The translations under genes and the position numbers were made by a program. Below are positions 21,431 to 36,793 of a DNA stretch of 54,451 nt, piece by piece. Source of the stretch: Neovahlkampfia damariscottae. Its lineage: Eukaryota. The DNA lies in NCBI GenBank assembly GCA_016618085.1, contig JABLTG010000043.1, positions 62,001 through 116,451 on the forward strand, written 5' to 3'. Every line of letters starts with the position of its first letter. The stretch's first letter is position 1. The notes under the pieces were generated by a model. That model was given only the letters and a program-made list of their open reading frames with translations, had not been told where the DNA came from and ran no database searches.

Positions 21431-24400
21431 ATGGAAATCGTTCAACGTAAATTTTTTGTATATATTCCTTTTGAAAAATTTGATGAAACAACTACTGTAA
21501 AATTAGTGTTACCAAATGAAAAAAATGAAAAAGAGTTTTACTTTGATCAACCAGATAAAAATTACAAATTTTTATGGTGCAAAACAATTGAACTCCAGTC
21601 AAAAACGAACTTAAATTATATGTATTCAGTTTATTCAAATGGAAAACAAAAAGACATGATTCTTTTTTCCAATCAAGAAACTTGCTTTGACGTCTTGAAC
21701 TGTAACTCAACAACTCAAAACATTTTTAATCAATTTTTTGATCATTTATGGAGTTTAAAAAATGAAATGAACATTTCAAAGTTTTTGACCGATTTTGTTT
21801 CATTACTTGAATGTTCTTCAAAATGGAAAAATTTTAAATTTGAAGAAGAAAGTTTTATTCAAAATTTAGAGTCAAAAATTGAAGGAATCAATAATTTTAA
21901 AGATTCAATTATATTTTGTTGTATATTAGGAAAAGTACCAATACTTCTACCAATCAATTTAAATGTTGAAAAATTGATTACTTTTTTAATTGACCAGAAA
22001 TCAAAATTAGATATATTAGATCAAATAACATCAATACAACACATCAGATTTCTTGAAAGAGGTATAGAATTACTTTCAACTATTGAATCTCTTGCGTTAA
22101 ATTTCAAAATTTGTTTATGTGGTTGTTTATCATTTGCCAAATTAGATTTAAAGATTTTTCAATCTGATAAAGTAGAATTTGAAGAAGAATTCAAATTGGC
22201 TATTGACAAATCAAGAAATATTGGAAGACTAAATTATGAAATTACAAATGATGTGAAATCTTATTGTTCAATTCTTTCAAGTTTAATTCAATATTCACCT
22301 TCTTATAATGTTATTCATTATTTACTTTCAAAAGAATCTTTTAGTTCACCCTTAATTTTGACAACATGTATAACTGCTATTAAATCAAAAATCATTGATT
22401 TTGAAAGATATGATGTAATTCCAAAGTTAGAAGAGATTGAAAAGTAAGTTGAAAATTTTAAACTTTAATTTTTCAAGTCTATTTCAAATTGAACAACTAC
22501 AATGTGAAGAACTTCTTTCCGAATTCTTAAAATCAAAAACTATTTTAAACTCTGATTCTGAATATGGTTGTAAAATAATTGAATTATCAACAAAGAAGTT
22601 AATTTTAAATTCACATAATTATGAATTGTTTTTGTTGATAAAATCATGGTGTTTAAATTTTTTGAAATCTAAAAATAATAATATTCAAAAATTCTTCATT
22701 GATTTAGATAAAATATTAAGAATGAATTTTTTGTCTGAATATTTAAATGCGTTGTTAGATAGTTTAACAATATCACATTTATTTTTAGAATTGGAGGATG
22801 AAGAGTTGTTATCAGTATTAGTTCAATTAGATTTTGATAGTTTTTGTGATGAATTAAAATATTTTATCAAAGAAAGATGTATTTGTTTGATTAAAGAATT
22901 TAATGTAAATATGAAAATTGAAGCATTCAAAATTGTAAATAAAAAATGTATCAGTGAATTAAAATATCAATTATTAACATTGATATTTAAAACATCAAAC
23001 CCACCAAATGAATATGATGTAGCTTCAACTATATTCAAAAATCCAATTTGGTTCATTTTTTTTAAATATTATTTTCTTCATCAATTCAATGAAAATAGTA
23101 CTCAGAAACAATCAGAAATTATTTTAGAAATTGCTCCGATTGTAGATAAAACTTGGCATTTTTTAGAGAATTTAAAAAAAATGAAATGTTCAGTTTCTGA
23201 TTTAAAACTTGTTATTGAGCACAAAGAAAATGTTCATCAAATATTAAATATTATTGATGTTTCTGATATCATTGGAATTGATGAAAATGATTGGAAGGAA
23301 TGGGAAAATTCCGTATCTGAATATATAAAATTAACAAATAGTCTTCAAACATTTCTCACATTTTATTGTGGTGAATTACTTGATGATTATGAATCATTTG
23401 TTCAACAATTAGAAGTGTTTAAAAAGAAAGAAAAAACATATTCATACATTGAAATGAAAAAATTAATTTCACTTTTTCCAATATCTAAATATGACTTAAT
23501 TTGGTTATTTGAAAATAAGAAATCAAAATTCTTTCTTTGGATTTGGAAGAAGGCATTTTCTTCATTCAAAGATAAATTAAAATTGGAAGAAATTATTGAT
23601 ATAATTGAAAAAATTAAAAAAGAATGGAAACAAATTTATGAAGGAATTAATGATAAAACAATATCATTCAGAAGATTAGAAGAATTGCAATTTTATTCAA
23701 TACCACTTGAATATGAAAATGAATTATCTATTTTAAAAAGAAATCATTCAGGTTATTCATCAAAAATTTCAAAAGATCATCATTCTTGGATATCAGAAAG
23801 AAAATCACTTCTTTTGACATTTCAAAAAATATATCTTTACAGAAATCATTTTCCTTCATTAATTAGTCTAGTTGAATATCTAGGGAATCAATTGAATGAA
23901 GATGTTGATTACAAGAAATTAGTTGATACTCATAATACATTATCCAAAGATTGGAGAGGACAAAAATTATCTCATTCTGTTAAATACATTGATTCTGTTA
24001 TTTTTTTTGAAGACTTTTCAAATGAACAACTTGAATTATTGAAAGAAATTCATCAATCTCAATTGATAATTACTTGGTTAAAAGGAGTTCAAGATGAAGA
24101 GTTTGAGGCATTATGTGGTCTTTGTAAATCATACACAGATGATGCAAGAGTATTAGAGGCATTGTCATCTTTGATATCTATTAGAGAGATGCTAAAGAAA
24201 ATTTTATATTCACAATACTTGTTACAATCTTTGAAATTATTAATTAATGAAATCAAATCATTGGACATTAAAAAATATAATGGAATTTCTATTTTTATTA
24301 ATTTGAAGAGCAACTTTCCATTATTATTAAGAGTAAGAATACTAAATAAACTAATAAATTTCATAGGTTTTTGGAGAGAAAACAAAAAGTCATGGAATCA

Positions 24401-27400
24401 AAGATATCAATGAACTTCGTGAAATTATTGATGATGGATATTATGTATTGAGTCCAGTTGATCCAAATTATCTTTATTGTACTGTAAATAAATCAAAAAA
24501 GAATTTGAATGATTTGATGAATTTGAGAAAGAAAATTACATTGACTGAAATTCCGAATCAAATGGAAAATAATGGTGAATTGAAAAATCATATGAGTTTA
24601 TTTTTAAAACAAATATCACTTATAGAAACGATTAGAGATTCTTTAGAATATTTATCGTCAAATGGTCATTTTGATTTTCAAGAAAATTATTATGAAAAAA
24701 TCCCTTGTAAAGAATCCATCAAAAAATTAGAAGAGAAAAATGATAGTTTACTTGAAGAGATAAATAATTGGAAACAACTTGTTTCAGTATCAAAAGAGAA
24801 GTTTTATTATTTAAATTTATATTCTCAATCTCATATTTTAAAAATTATTAAATTTTTGAATACAAAAGAATTTGAAAATATTGAAAATTCTTTATATAGT
24901 TTATTAAAATTTGGAAATAATTCACTTCAAAAAGAAGATGTTCTTTTAGCAAGATCATCAAAATGGGAAAATTCAATTGATCTTTGTGCTTCAAAGAAAT
25001 TTGAACAATTGGGATTATTTTTGGAATATCTTTTCAGTTTGAAAGATAACTATCATCTCACTATTGAAAATAAAATGACAGATCAAGAGAGTTTCAGAAA
25101 TAAAATGAAAAAAGGATTTTGTATAATCAATAGAAAGAATTCATTAGATGTCATTAATACCATTTTAACAATTTATTCTTTGCAAGGTAGAATGCCACAT
25201 CCTGAAGAAGTTTTATTATGTAATGAAGGAACAACTTTGGATGATGTATTAATAAAATTAAACCTATGGAAGAATGCAAACCAACATAAAAGAGGAGATT
25301 TCATTTTTATTATTTCAAACTTTCAATTGCTTAGTCATTTTGTTCAAGATAAAATAGCTTTGAAAATCAACAACACAATCAAAGAATCAAAGAACAGAAA
25401 TCACTCTTCATTGATTTTGATAAATGGAAATTATAAAATTCAAAAGATATCTTCTTCATTTTTAGATTTCACACAATTTGTAGCGAATGTTAATCTTTTA
25501 GATGAAAAATCTATGAAGTATTTGTTTGCATCAATCTCAAAAAAATTCATGGGCAAGTTATATTGCTATTATTCAAAAATTCCAGGAATTGGAAAATCTC
25601 ATGAAATTATGAAAGATTCTTTTATCAACAAATTGAATTATTCAAGGATTTCAATTGATGAAAATTCAAATGAAAAATCGATGCTTTCCAGTTTTTATGC
25701 ACAAAATTTTGAAGTAAAGAAATGCTATCATGTTGATATGTTACAATTCAGTTCTGAAGATATTAAATCAACAATTTTTAAATTGATTTATCTTGGAGTT
25801 ATTGATGATTCAAGTTCACCATATATGTATTATAGAAATCCATTACATTATTATTACTTTGAATTACCAAGTTTTCCAAAAGAAACAACATTCATGAGTT
25901 ATTTACCTCATAACATTTTAACAGTTCAAAGAAACAATTTTGATATTTATCGTTATCGAATTTTAAATGTTGAAAATGAATTGAGAATATCATCAGAATA
26001 TGATGAAAAAACACAATTTGTTTGTAAATTTTTGAAGCATCAAAACTCAAATGAATTTCGATTAAATCCTGATAATTTTGATGTTGAGAGTATTGATGAT
26101 TTAGATGGAGATGAATGTTTTGATATCCTTTCATTTCATCTCAAAGACACTACATTGTCATATTCAATTATGAATAAGTTTGTCAATTTAATGTATTTTC
26201 AATTTAAAAAATTCTTTGAATCAATTTTTCAAAATCATGTTAGAATTGAAGGAGATATTTTTGGATATATTGATTTTTTAATTTCAAATTCAAGAAATCT
26301 TTCATGTAGATCTGTAGAGGCTTATGATTCAAAAAATTACTTCAGTAGATTTTCCAAAATGAAAAGATGGGATGGTGATAGTTCCCCTTTGATAGTTTTT
26401 TATGAAAGAAAAGGAAAAGAAATCGAAGAAGTTTTACATCAAGCATCAATTTTTTTAATTGATCAAAAATCAATGCATCTTGAAGAACAATCAATTTATA
26501 CTTTGATCACAAGTGGATTTCATTATAAATTCATTGAAGAACCGATTGATCCTCAAAGAGTGAATGAAATTTTAAAAAATTTTATTGGTATTGAATCAGA
26601 TAATTCAAAGAATTCTGAAAGTGATTTAATCAACTATGCTATTACAGCAGATAATTTGAAGAAACTATTTCATATCTTATTGAAGTTGCAATGCAATTCA
26701 CCTGTTATTTTAATGGGAGGAAATGGTCAAGGAAAATCAGAACTCTTCAGATATATGACAGGACTATTTGGTGAAAAATTACATCGATTGAGTATTAACA
26801 GTGATATGACAACAGAATTTCTTGAAAATTGGTTTTCTCATTTTTTTGAAACTGCAAGATGGAGTCCAGAGAAAAAAGTTTTCATCTTTTTTGATATGAT
26901 CAATAATTGTTCTTGTGATGGTTTTTTCAAGTTAGTTATTTCAGATAGAATATTTAAAAATCAACCAATACCAGAAAATTTGAAAATTGTTGCTGCTTGT
27001 AACCCTTATGATGAACGTTTGACAAACAAATCAAAGATAGATTATCATAAATTGACATATTATGTCAAACCAATTTCAGAATCACTAATTGAACATATTT
27101 TTGACTATGGAACATTATCAGAACAAGTTGAAAAGATGTATATAAAGTCCATTTTACAAATTGATTTAACAAAGAACACATTTGAAGTTGAACTTGATGG
27201 ATTCTTTTCAGTCTTTACTGAATTGATTTTTCATTCTCAGAACTTTATCAGAAAATGTTTCAATGATAAATCTTTAGTGTCTCTCAGAGATGTTGTAAGA
27301 TGTATTAAGATATTTCAGTTCTTTAAAAGTACTTCAATTGAAAAAGAAGATTCTGAAGAGATGATTTATAATTCCACCTTTTCATCAAATGAAAGTATCA

Positions 27401-30400
27401 AAAAAAGTTTAATTCTTTCTTTGGCGTATTCTTATTATTGTCGTTTGAATTTAGATGATGAAAGAGAAAATTATATTAAAATGATTTCAAATAAATCATT
27501 AGAAATGAATCACATTTTTGATTTAGGAAAATTATTTTTTTATGAAACTTTAATGGATGAACAAGAATACTACACAAACAACATGCACTTTTCAGATGGA
27601 ATTTCAATGAATGATTCATTAAGAGAAAATTTATTCATGATTTTAGTCAGTATTTTGAATAAAGTTCCAATTATTGTAGCTGGAAAGTAAGAATTCAAAT
27701 TAATTTTAACATGTCTTATTATTAGATCTGGAACTTCAAAAAGTCTTGCAATGGACATACTTGCAACGAATCTTCAAGGTACAACATCAAGGAATAGTTT
27801 TTTGAAGAAATTGCCTGCAATTGAAATATTTTCTTATCAATGTTCTTCTTTCTCCAATATTGAAGGTATTACAAGACTCTTTGAAATTGCCAGAACTTAT
27901 CAAAAGAATGCACCTCCTCATACATTGGTTGTTGTTTTATTAAATGAGATTGGGTTATTAGAAAAGTTGAATCCTCTTAAAGTACTACAAGAAGAATTTG
28001 ATGATAGAAAATTAGGAAAATTATCAGTTGTTGGATTATCAAACTCATATTTAGATGCAAGTGATATTAACAGAGCTGTTCTTCTATCAAGAACTCCTCC
28101 AAAAATGAAAGATTTGAAGAAAACTGTTGAAAATATGACTTCTAATATTCATTTGAATTCATCTTTAGCAAATCTTGCAAAAAGTTTTATTGAAGTTTAT
28201 CAAACTCAAAAAATTCCAGATTTCTTTGCTCTCAGGGATTTCTATTCAATGATTAAATATATCAATAGAAATTTAGTTGACACTTTATCACCTGAAATTT
28301 TGAGGAATGGAATCATGAGAAATTTTGGGGGAATGGAAAGTAATGAAACAACAAAAATTGTGAAAAAATTTTTTGTTAACATGGGAATATCTTTGTCATT
28401 TAATGAAGAACAAATACCAATTTTAAATTTTGTGAAAGACAACTTAATTGACCAAAATGCTAGAAATTTAATGCTTTTGACAAAAAATCATGCTGCGTTA
28501 CACATTCTTCTTGACAAAGTATTTTCAAAAGAATTGCCAGAGATCATTTTTGGAAGTGAATTTCCAAAAGATAAATCTGAATTATCATTACTCTTGAATC
28601 TTCAAAGAATTAAAAATTGTATGGAAAAAGGAAAAACAGTTATTCTTTTGAACTGTGATGGAATATTTGAATGTTTATATGATTTGTTTAACATGCAATA
28701 TATGGAATCTGATGGACAAAGATTTGTAAAACTTGCTGTTGGAACTTACTCAAAGACTTGTGTTGTTCACCAAAAATTTAGAATTATTTTGATTGTAGAT
28801 AAACAAAATGCATATTCCCGATTAACACCGCCTCTTTTAAATCGTTTTGAAAAACAATTACTTTTAAGAAAAGATATTTTAAATTCATCACAAATTTTAC
28901 TTGAAAAACGAATTATCAAATGGGTCAATCATTTTTCTGAAAAGCAGTTTCTTGATCGAACATTTGTAGGTTACAATTCACAATATATTAGCTCATTAGT
29001 AAATTCATTGGGTGAAAAGAAGACACAAGATGAATTATTTGAAGATGCAATTGATTCTCTTTTGTGGTTATGTACTGCAGATGGAATCTTAAGATCTAAA
29101 TCCAAATTTGGGGACAAATTCTTTGATAGGTATTTTAAAGATCAATCTCACAATGATATTGTCTCATTTTTACAATTCACTTTTGAAAATCAAAATCAAT
29201 TCTTATTAGATGGTCAATTTAAACTGGAAATATTGACATACTCACCTTCTAATGTGTTGGAATCATCTTTGAAGCCAATAAAGCACATGTTTTCTCAAAT
29301 GGATATTCTCAAATTAAATAATTTTTCAACTGAAAGCGAATTTAAAGAAAAATTAAGTGAATTCTTTTTTACAGAGATTGATGATTCTGCATTGTTAGTT
29401 ATACAAGGTGATACAAGTTGTTGTTCAATGTTCCAAATACTGCATGCAAAATACTTGTGTGAATCAAGAAATCAACAATTTTTGAAAAATTTTCCAAATA
29501 GAAAAATGAAAAATATCATATTTGTGATCCACATTCATCCAAAGAATGAACAATTTTCACAATATTCATTAGATTTCAATTGTAGATGGAAATCAATATT
29601 TCTTGATGATATTTTTCCTTATAATAGTTCAACATACACTGTATTAAATGCATCTGTTGAAGATTTTTTGACTTCATTACATGTTCGTCAGATTATTAGA
29701 GACCATTTCAGAAAATCATTGAGTATTGTAAAATATCCTGAAGACAATTTAGATGTCTCAAAACAAATTCAAAGAATTGAAAGGTTCATAAATTCAGATG
29801 ATTTTTGGTCACATCTTGAACCAATTTTATTATCGGTCACTTGTGAATATTTTGGAAAAGAAAACTCAAGTTATTGGTCAGAAAAAGTTGCAAAAGAGAA
29901 TTATGATTATTTAATCTTGAAAGGAAATTTTAGAGAAGCAATAATGCATTGTATTTCATTACAGTTGGCAAAAGTGTTTGCAAGATTATTATGTGATATT
30001 GATAGAAATTCAAATTTATCTTTAATTGATTTGAAGAATTCTGAAAATCCAATCAATGAAATATGGTATAAATTTTGGAATATAAGAGAATCAGAATATT
30101 CTAAAATTTGGTTTGATAATTTGAATTGGGAAATGTTAAAAGTACCAAAAGATGGTATCAAAAGTACCTTCAAAGCAAAATTCCCTTTTAGTTATTTCAT
30201 TTGCAAAGCAATTAACAATTTAAAAAGATTTTCTGACGATTTAACTTCATTAACAAGACATATTGATGTTATGTTTCCAGGAGTGAATGTCCTACCAAGA
30301 AATGAATTATTGAATTATTTACATGATTTCATTTGTATTTTTGGTCCACTTTCTGAAAAATTAGGAGAAGAAGAACTTTTAAAAATTACGTTAATAATAG

Positions 30401-33400
30401 TTGAAACACAAAGTACTGTTAAAACTCTTTCTGAAATTCAATATTATTTATGGAAAGAAGAAAAAAGATTATTGACTTATTATATTTTATTTGACTCTGA
30501 TTTATCACTTGGTGTTCTATTCACTTCAAAATTAAAAAATCAAAAATTCAATTCAATGTTTGAAATTGATTTATTCTTATTTGATATTATGAGAGAGCAT
30601 TATAATCCTTTAAAAATGAAAAATTTTGAAATTGAGTCACAAAAATTATGGATTGATGAAATTTCAGAAGTGAGATTATCAATGGAAAAACTTGCTTCAT
30701 TATCAAATGAATGTGATAAAATAGTTCAACAAAAATGGAAGAATTATTTATTCTTTCAAGAATTTCTTTTGAAATACGGAATTCCATTAAAATTAACAGA
30801 AAAAAGTTTAAATTTTTGGAAATCTATTCATGATATTGATTTATCATCTAAAGAAGGATATTCAATCATTTTAAGTTTTATGAAATCAAATCCATTTCCA
30901 AATGGTTTTTGTGATCTTTTAGAATTTTACTTCAATTTATTTACTTCTTGTTCAAATGAATTATCAAGAGAAATGATGAATTTAATTTCTGAAAAATCGA
31001 TTCTAAATGTTTTTGATGTTAAGATTTCTCACAACTTAAAAAAATTCATTTTAAAAAATTTAGTGATCTCAAAACAATTTGATGAAGAAATTGAAAACAT
31101 TTTTGAAAAAGAGTTTAAAATGAATAGTGAATTTAATGATAATTCATTCATCTTGTGTTTTGTTGAAATATATGAACAAATGTTATCATCTTTAGATTCA
31201 AAAAAACTTGTCAATTTAATTAAAAAAATAGACCCTGAAATATTTGATAAATTCAACAAAGGAATAGATTTATTATCAAACTTAAAGAAATTAGCGTCAA
31301 TTAAAGTTGGTTTAAGTTTTTTATTATCAACTACAATACAAAATATTCAAAAAGGAACATCACTTGATTTTGAAATTATTGAATATTTTCAGTCTCTATT
31401 TTTAAATCCAAAACTTGAATTCTTAAAATTGAATTTTATTCGTTATATTTTCAGATTCAAAGGAATGTCATTTTTACTTCAAAAATTTGGAAAATCAAAA
31501 GAGATATTAACATATTTTCCTTGGATTTCTGATTTGTTAAATGGAATTACAATATCCAATCAAATCAATGGAAGTAATTTATTTGATTCCATTGAAGATT
31601 TATCATTTTATTCAAATATTCTTGAAATATCAATTAAAAAAGGAAATAATGAAGATTGGAATGAGTTATGCAAAGATTATGATTCCATTGAAAAAAAGTA
31701 TTTGTTCTTATCTATTTTCAAACAAATCTACTTAAAAAATTGGGAAGAAGAAAAATTTAATGAGAAAAATATTAAAAAAATTTTAGATTCATTTCGTAAT
31801 TCAAATTCAATATCAACACAAGAACGAACACTCTTCACTTGTTTTGTTCAAAATAGATTCCTTCAAGAATCTCAATTTTTGAATTTAGGTCCATCAGCAT
31901 CAAGTGAAAAGTTATCATTAATTCATTTAATTGGACATGTTATTTCATTTTCAATTCATACAAAATCAATTGATCCATTTTTTCACAATTTATTATTCAA
32001 TCCAAGAAAATTAGAAAATTGTTATTTTCCATCAATGCCAGAAGATGAAAAGAAAAGTGTATTATTGGCCCTTGGAAATTTATATCAATGCGAAAATGGT
32101 CATTCTTATAATATTGATTCTTGTGGTAAACCAACACAGTTAATGGAATGTCCAGAATGTGGATGTTTGATTGGTGGATTAAATCATGAATTACTTCCTG
32201 AAAATTCAAAAACATCTTATGAAAAATTATCACCAAAAGGATATGCAGTATTATTACCAAATGATGAATCTGATATTTATTCCCATCAAAGAAATTTATC
32301 ACCAATTTCATATCGAATTTTAAGATTTTTGATTCATACATTATTATTCATTGGAAGTTCAGTTTTTGATAATTTTGAAAAAGAATCGGAAATTTTATTA
32401 AATAGTTCATATAAACAAACAAGTCAAAGAAATTCATTTTATTTCAATCATATGATATCTGATTGGAAAATACTTTGTGAACTGTTTGGAAAAATTGAAG
32501 AAAAATTAATTGTAATTATGTTTCATTTATTAGAAAATTATCCAATATTTGTTTCAAATAATATAAATTTAAAGTTAAATTTAAAGAAAGAAAGAGATAG
32601 ATTCATTTGGGAAGAAAGATTTCAAAATTTTTTAAATTTAGTTTTAACAAGTGAAAATCAATTATTAAGTGAATATTATTTAAAAAAAACTGAAAGTGAT
32701 GTTAATTCCATTTTATCTGAAATTACAAAAATTCAAAAAAAAAAAATCTTTCCAATTGATGAAATTGATTCGTCAATTTGGAATTATTCAATACCAATTT
32801 CAATATCACATTTCAAAAAATCATTTCAATTAGAATTAAAAAAAAATAAATATAAAGTATTAAATTTATATTTAAATGAAGAGAAATCATTAAAACCAAC
32901 ATATTTTATCCCAGTCATTTTGAAATGGTTTAATTTAGTTACTTCAAGTTTATCAAGAAAAATTGATCGAAATTTTGCAAGAAAATATACAATAAGAGAA
33001 TTCTTAGATGAAAAAGGTGATGAAAAAATGGAAGAATTATTCAAAAAATATAAAAAGGTATTCAATCATTGTTGGCCATTAATAAAATATTATAAATGTT
33101 TTGAAATACCAGATTATTTAAAGAACTTTATACTTGATGAAAATTCACCAATTTCATTTTGTATTTCAGGTGATAAAGATGAATTTATTTGTGCTTCAGC
33201 ATTGATTGAATATTTAGTTTTGACAGTTCATAATTCATTCATTGAGAAAATATCAAATATTAAAAAAATAGATCAACATATAATATCAAGTAATTTCACT
33301 TCAATTAATCATACAATTCCATCTAATAATATTGAAAAGGAATTAAAAGATATTTTATTTCAAAAATCAAAAGTGAATTATTCAGATTTAGGTATTGAAT

Positions 33401-34169
33401 TTTTAAAATTAACTTAAATTTTAAAGGTTTTGGTATGATTAAATATGATTTCAAAAATATTGAGAATTTCATTTTTGAAAGATTTTTAAGAGGAAAACCA
33501 TTAATTAAATTAGAATTATTTAATTTTACATTTTTAAATGAAGAAAAAATATCAGGATCTCTTGCTATTGCATTCAAAGAAAAAATTAAACAAGAAGAAA
33601 TTTCATATGATACAAAAATGGAAATAATCAAAAGTTTGAATACATTAGAATCAATGAGATCATGTTTAAGTCAAATTCAAGAATGTATTAGTTTTATTTT
33701 ATCAACATTTCATTCAAAAAAAAATGTTTCAATTTCAATATTTGATTATGTAAAAAATTCACTTTTGATAACAAAAGAGAATTCAGAGTTTACAAAAATT
33801 ATATTTAAAAGAGTTCAATTGAAACATTTATTATCACTTTGGTCTTTATTAGAATCTCAAATTGCAACAAATCCTTTGATTGAAATTAGACCAAAGTATA
33901 AAATCAAAATTCCATCAGATTTAAGAATTGAACTGGTTAATCTACAAACTCATTTTGATTTAGAAATTATATCTTCAACCATCTATAATTTTATGAAAAA
34001 TTATTTAACAGATGATCATTTGAGTGATGAAATTCCATTAAAAATGGTTCTTTCTGAAATTGAAATTGAAGATGACAAAAAATTGATTGATTTTTCATGG
34101 TTTCATTATTTTCCAGATTCAATTTTGATTTCTCATATTTTTGAAGTTTATAAAATTTTGAAAGAATAA
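21431..34169 (+). CDS. RNF213 (mysterin)-like giant AAA+ ATPase / RZ-finger protein, ~4200 aa
   Basis: Five ORFs joined by short introns (~22444, ~24332, ~27687, ~33391). Dynein-like AAA motifs (VAACNPY, VSLRDVVRC, FALRDFYSMIK, PPLLNRFEKQ) and RZ finger YQCENGH..CG..CPECG..IGG..H. Confidence 0.88.
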
Positions 34170-34182
34170 ATTCTCTTTTATT

Positions 34183-36638
34183 TTAACTTTCTTCTAATTT
34201 ATAAAACCAAGTTGGATCTTGATTCTGTTGACGTGATTCTATTTTCTTTTCACTTGAGTTCAATTTTTTTTCATTCATTTCTAAATTCATTGAATTCCTT
34301 TCATTGGAGTATTGAACTAAAATTTGATTCATTTTTCTTTCTTCCATAAATTTTGAACATTTTGGATAATATTTTCGAATGTAAAAAGAAATAATACATA
34401 CAACAAATAAAAGAAATACAACCAAAGGGATGATGAAGAAATACAATATTGAAAATTGACAATTACTTCCAAATCTGTAAAATTTGCAATAGCAATTATC
34501 AATGGAAATACAAAATCCATAACTAGAACATACATTTGGATCAGTTTGATTCTTTCCGATACAACTTGCAAAGTTGCAATTTAATCCAGAGTAGCCATAA
34601 TTACACGAACAATTATTAGGTGATTGACAAAATCCTTGTCCTCCACAAATTAAAGAAGTATTGTACATATCAAAACAATTTGGATATTCACATCTATTAC
34701 CATTGTATCCTTTGTTGCACACACAATTATCTGGTGACTTGCATTTACCAAATGATGAGCATACAAATGAATCATTTGATAGTTTTCCAAAGCATTTAGT
34801 AAGTCCACAATTCTCCCCAAAATATCCTTCTTTACAAATACATTTATCTGGTGATTTACAATAACCTCTGGAAGAACAAACAGCAGAATCGTTACTTGAT
34901 TTATTGAAACAAAATGGAAATTCACAAATTTTACCAGAATATTTCAAGTTGCAATTACAATTGTTGGGCAAAGAACAGTATCCATTTCCCGAGCAAACAC
35001 AGATTCCATTTCCAGAACAAACTTCTTTCTCAGTGGATGTTTTATTGAAACAGGTGAAACTGTCACATTTTAAACCACCAAAACCTGGTTTACATTCACA
35101 TTTATTACTATTAACACACTTTCCTTGACCGGAGCAAACATTTGGATCACTGAAATTAGTACCAAAGCATTTAGGAAATTCACAATTGACTCCAGAACTG
35201 ATTTCTGAATCACAAATGCAAAAATCTTGTTTTGAACAAATTCCACGTGCATTACAAACTATATTGTCATTACTATCAACACCAAAGCAATCATGGTGAT
35301 GAATTTGCTGATAAAAAATGGATCTTGCAAAATGAAAATTTGGAGTAGGGAAAGTGGTCAAGTTTAAATAGTGAAACGGAATTTCAGTCGGAATAGAAGT
35401 GAATTCATCATTACCTAAACCTAATTGTCCATACTTTCATGAAAATTAATCAAAAATGGATTCAAAAACCTTATTGTCTCCAAATGAATATATTTTAGTT
35501 TTGGTGAATAGAATTGAATAATCAAAAGCCAATATCATACTCTCAAACCTCTCATTCATTTCTATTTTTGTAGGTATATTTACAGGTTGAAATGAACGAT
35601 TCTTTAAACCTAATTGTCCATAGGTATTGCTTCCAAATGAATACGTATCACCTTCAGATATAAATATTGAATGAGCGTATCCAGTTGATATCTTTGTAAC
35701 TTTCTTTGATATATTTACAAATTTAGGTACTGATGACATCACAAAATCACCTAATCCTAGCTCACCATTGGAATTTTTTCCAGTTGAAAAAATTAAGCCA
35801 TCAATACTCAAGAATAATGAATGTTCAAATGAAGTTGATATTTGTATAATCACTTCAGAAGAAAGTGATGTTATTTTAGTTGGTGTTTTAAAAATACAAC
35901 TGACACAACCTAATCCAGTAGATCCAGACTTTACAAGAAATTATTTAAAATATATTTGAGTTACATCGGTTCCACCAAAAGAATAAACACTTCCATTCAT
36001 TAGAAACATTGAATGAGATCTTCCAGCAGCAATAGAAGTGATATTTTTGAAGTGTAAAATTTCAGTTGGATATAGTTGTTCTGTTGATGTACCAATACCT
36101 AATTCTCCAGACTTCATATTAACAAAATAAAATACATACACCATTATGTCCAAAAGAATAAACTTTTCCATTTTTTGTTAAGACCAAACTATGTCCCATT
36201 CCCTTTTAATAATAATTTAAGTTAAAAATTGAGTACAGTTGAAACACTTTTAATGTAAAGATCTTTTAAATTCAGGTTTTTTTCAATGGAATCCTTTGAA
36301 TTTTTATTCCCAATCCCCAGTTGTCCAAACTTTTTTTTTTTTAAAATTTCTTTTATTTTTTTACTCTATTGTCACCAACAATAAATACTTTAAACTCACT
36401 ATTTACAAATATACTGTGGCCGTATCCAGTTGTAACATCTATAATCGTCTCATTTTCAAAGAATTTTATTTTTGTTGGCAAAATTCTTTCTCTGTTGTCA
36501 CCTGTTCCAAGTTCATAATACTGAACATGTTATAGTTATTTTTCGAACCATATTTACTCCAAACCCATACAGTTTATAAGAATTTACAATCAAAGAAAGA
36601 ACTGAGAGAGTAGTCAACACTAACAGTTTGGAAACCAT
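34183..36638 (-). CDS. RCC1-repeat + EGF-like repeat single-pass membrane protein
   Basis: Signal peptide, GxNxxGxLGLG / AAGRSHS repeats, tandem CFG..VCS..G.C..P..C.C..GY.G..C repeats, TM helix. Confidence 0.85.
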
Positions 36639-36793
36639 CTTTGGAAGCGGAAAATTGTTTTATTGGTTAAAAATTGTATCAGATTTATTTGAAAAGATAA
36701 AATGTTTAGTTTTGGTGTTTTCTGAATTTAATTTCTATTGATCCTCAAAATAATTCCTTCCCAAATATTGAGAAGTTATCATTTAGGCTTAAT

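Noticed and set aside
24089..33631. Short antisense ORFs inside the RNF213-like gene, and similar ones elsewhere
   Set aside because: Shadow ORFs of AT-rich coding sequence with no motifs.
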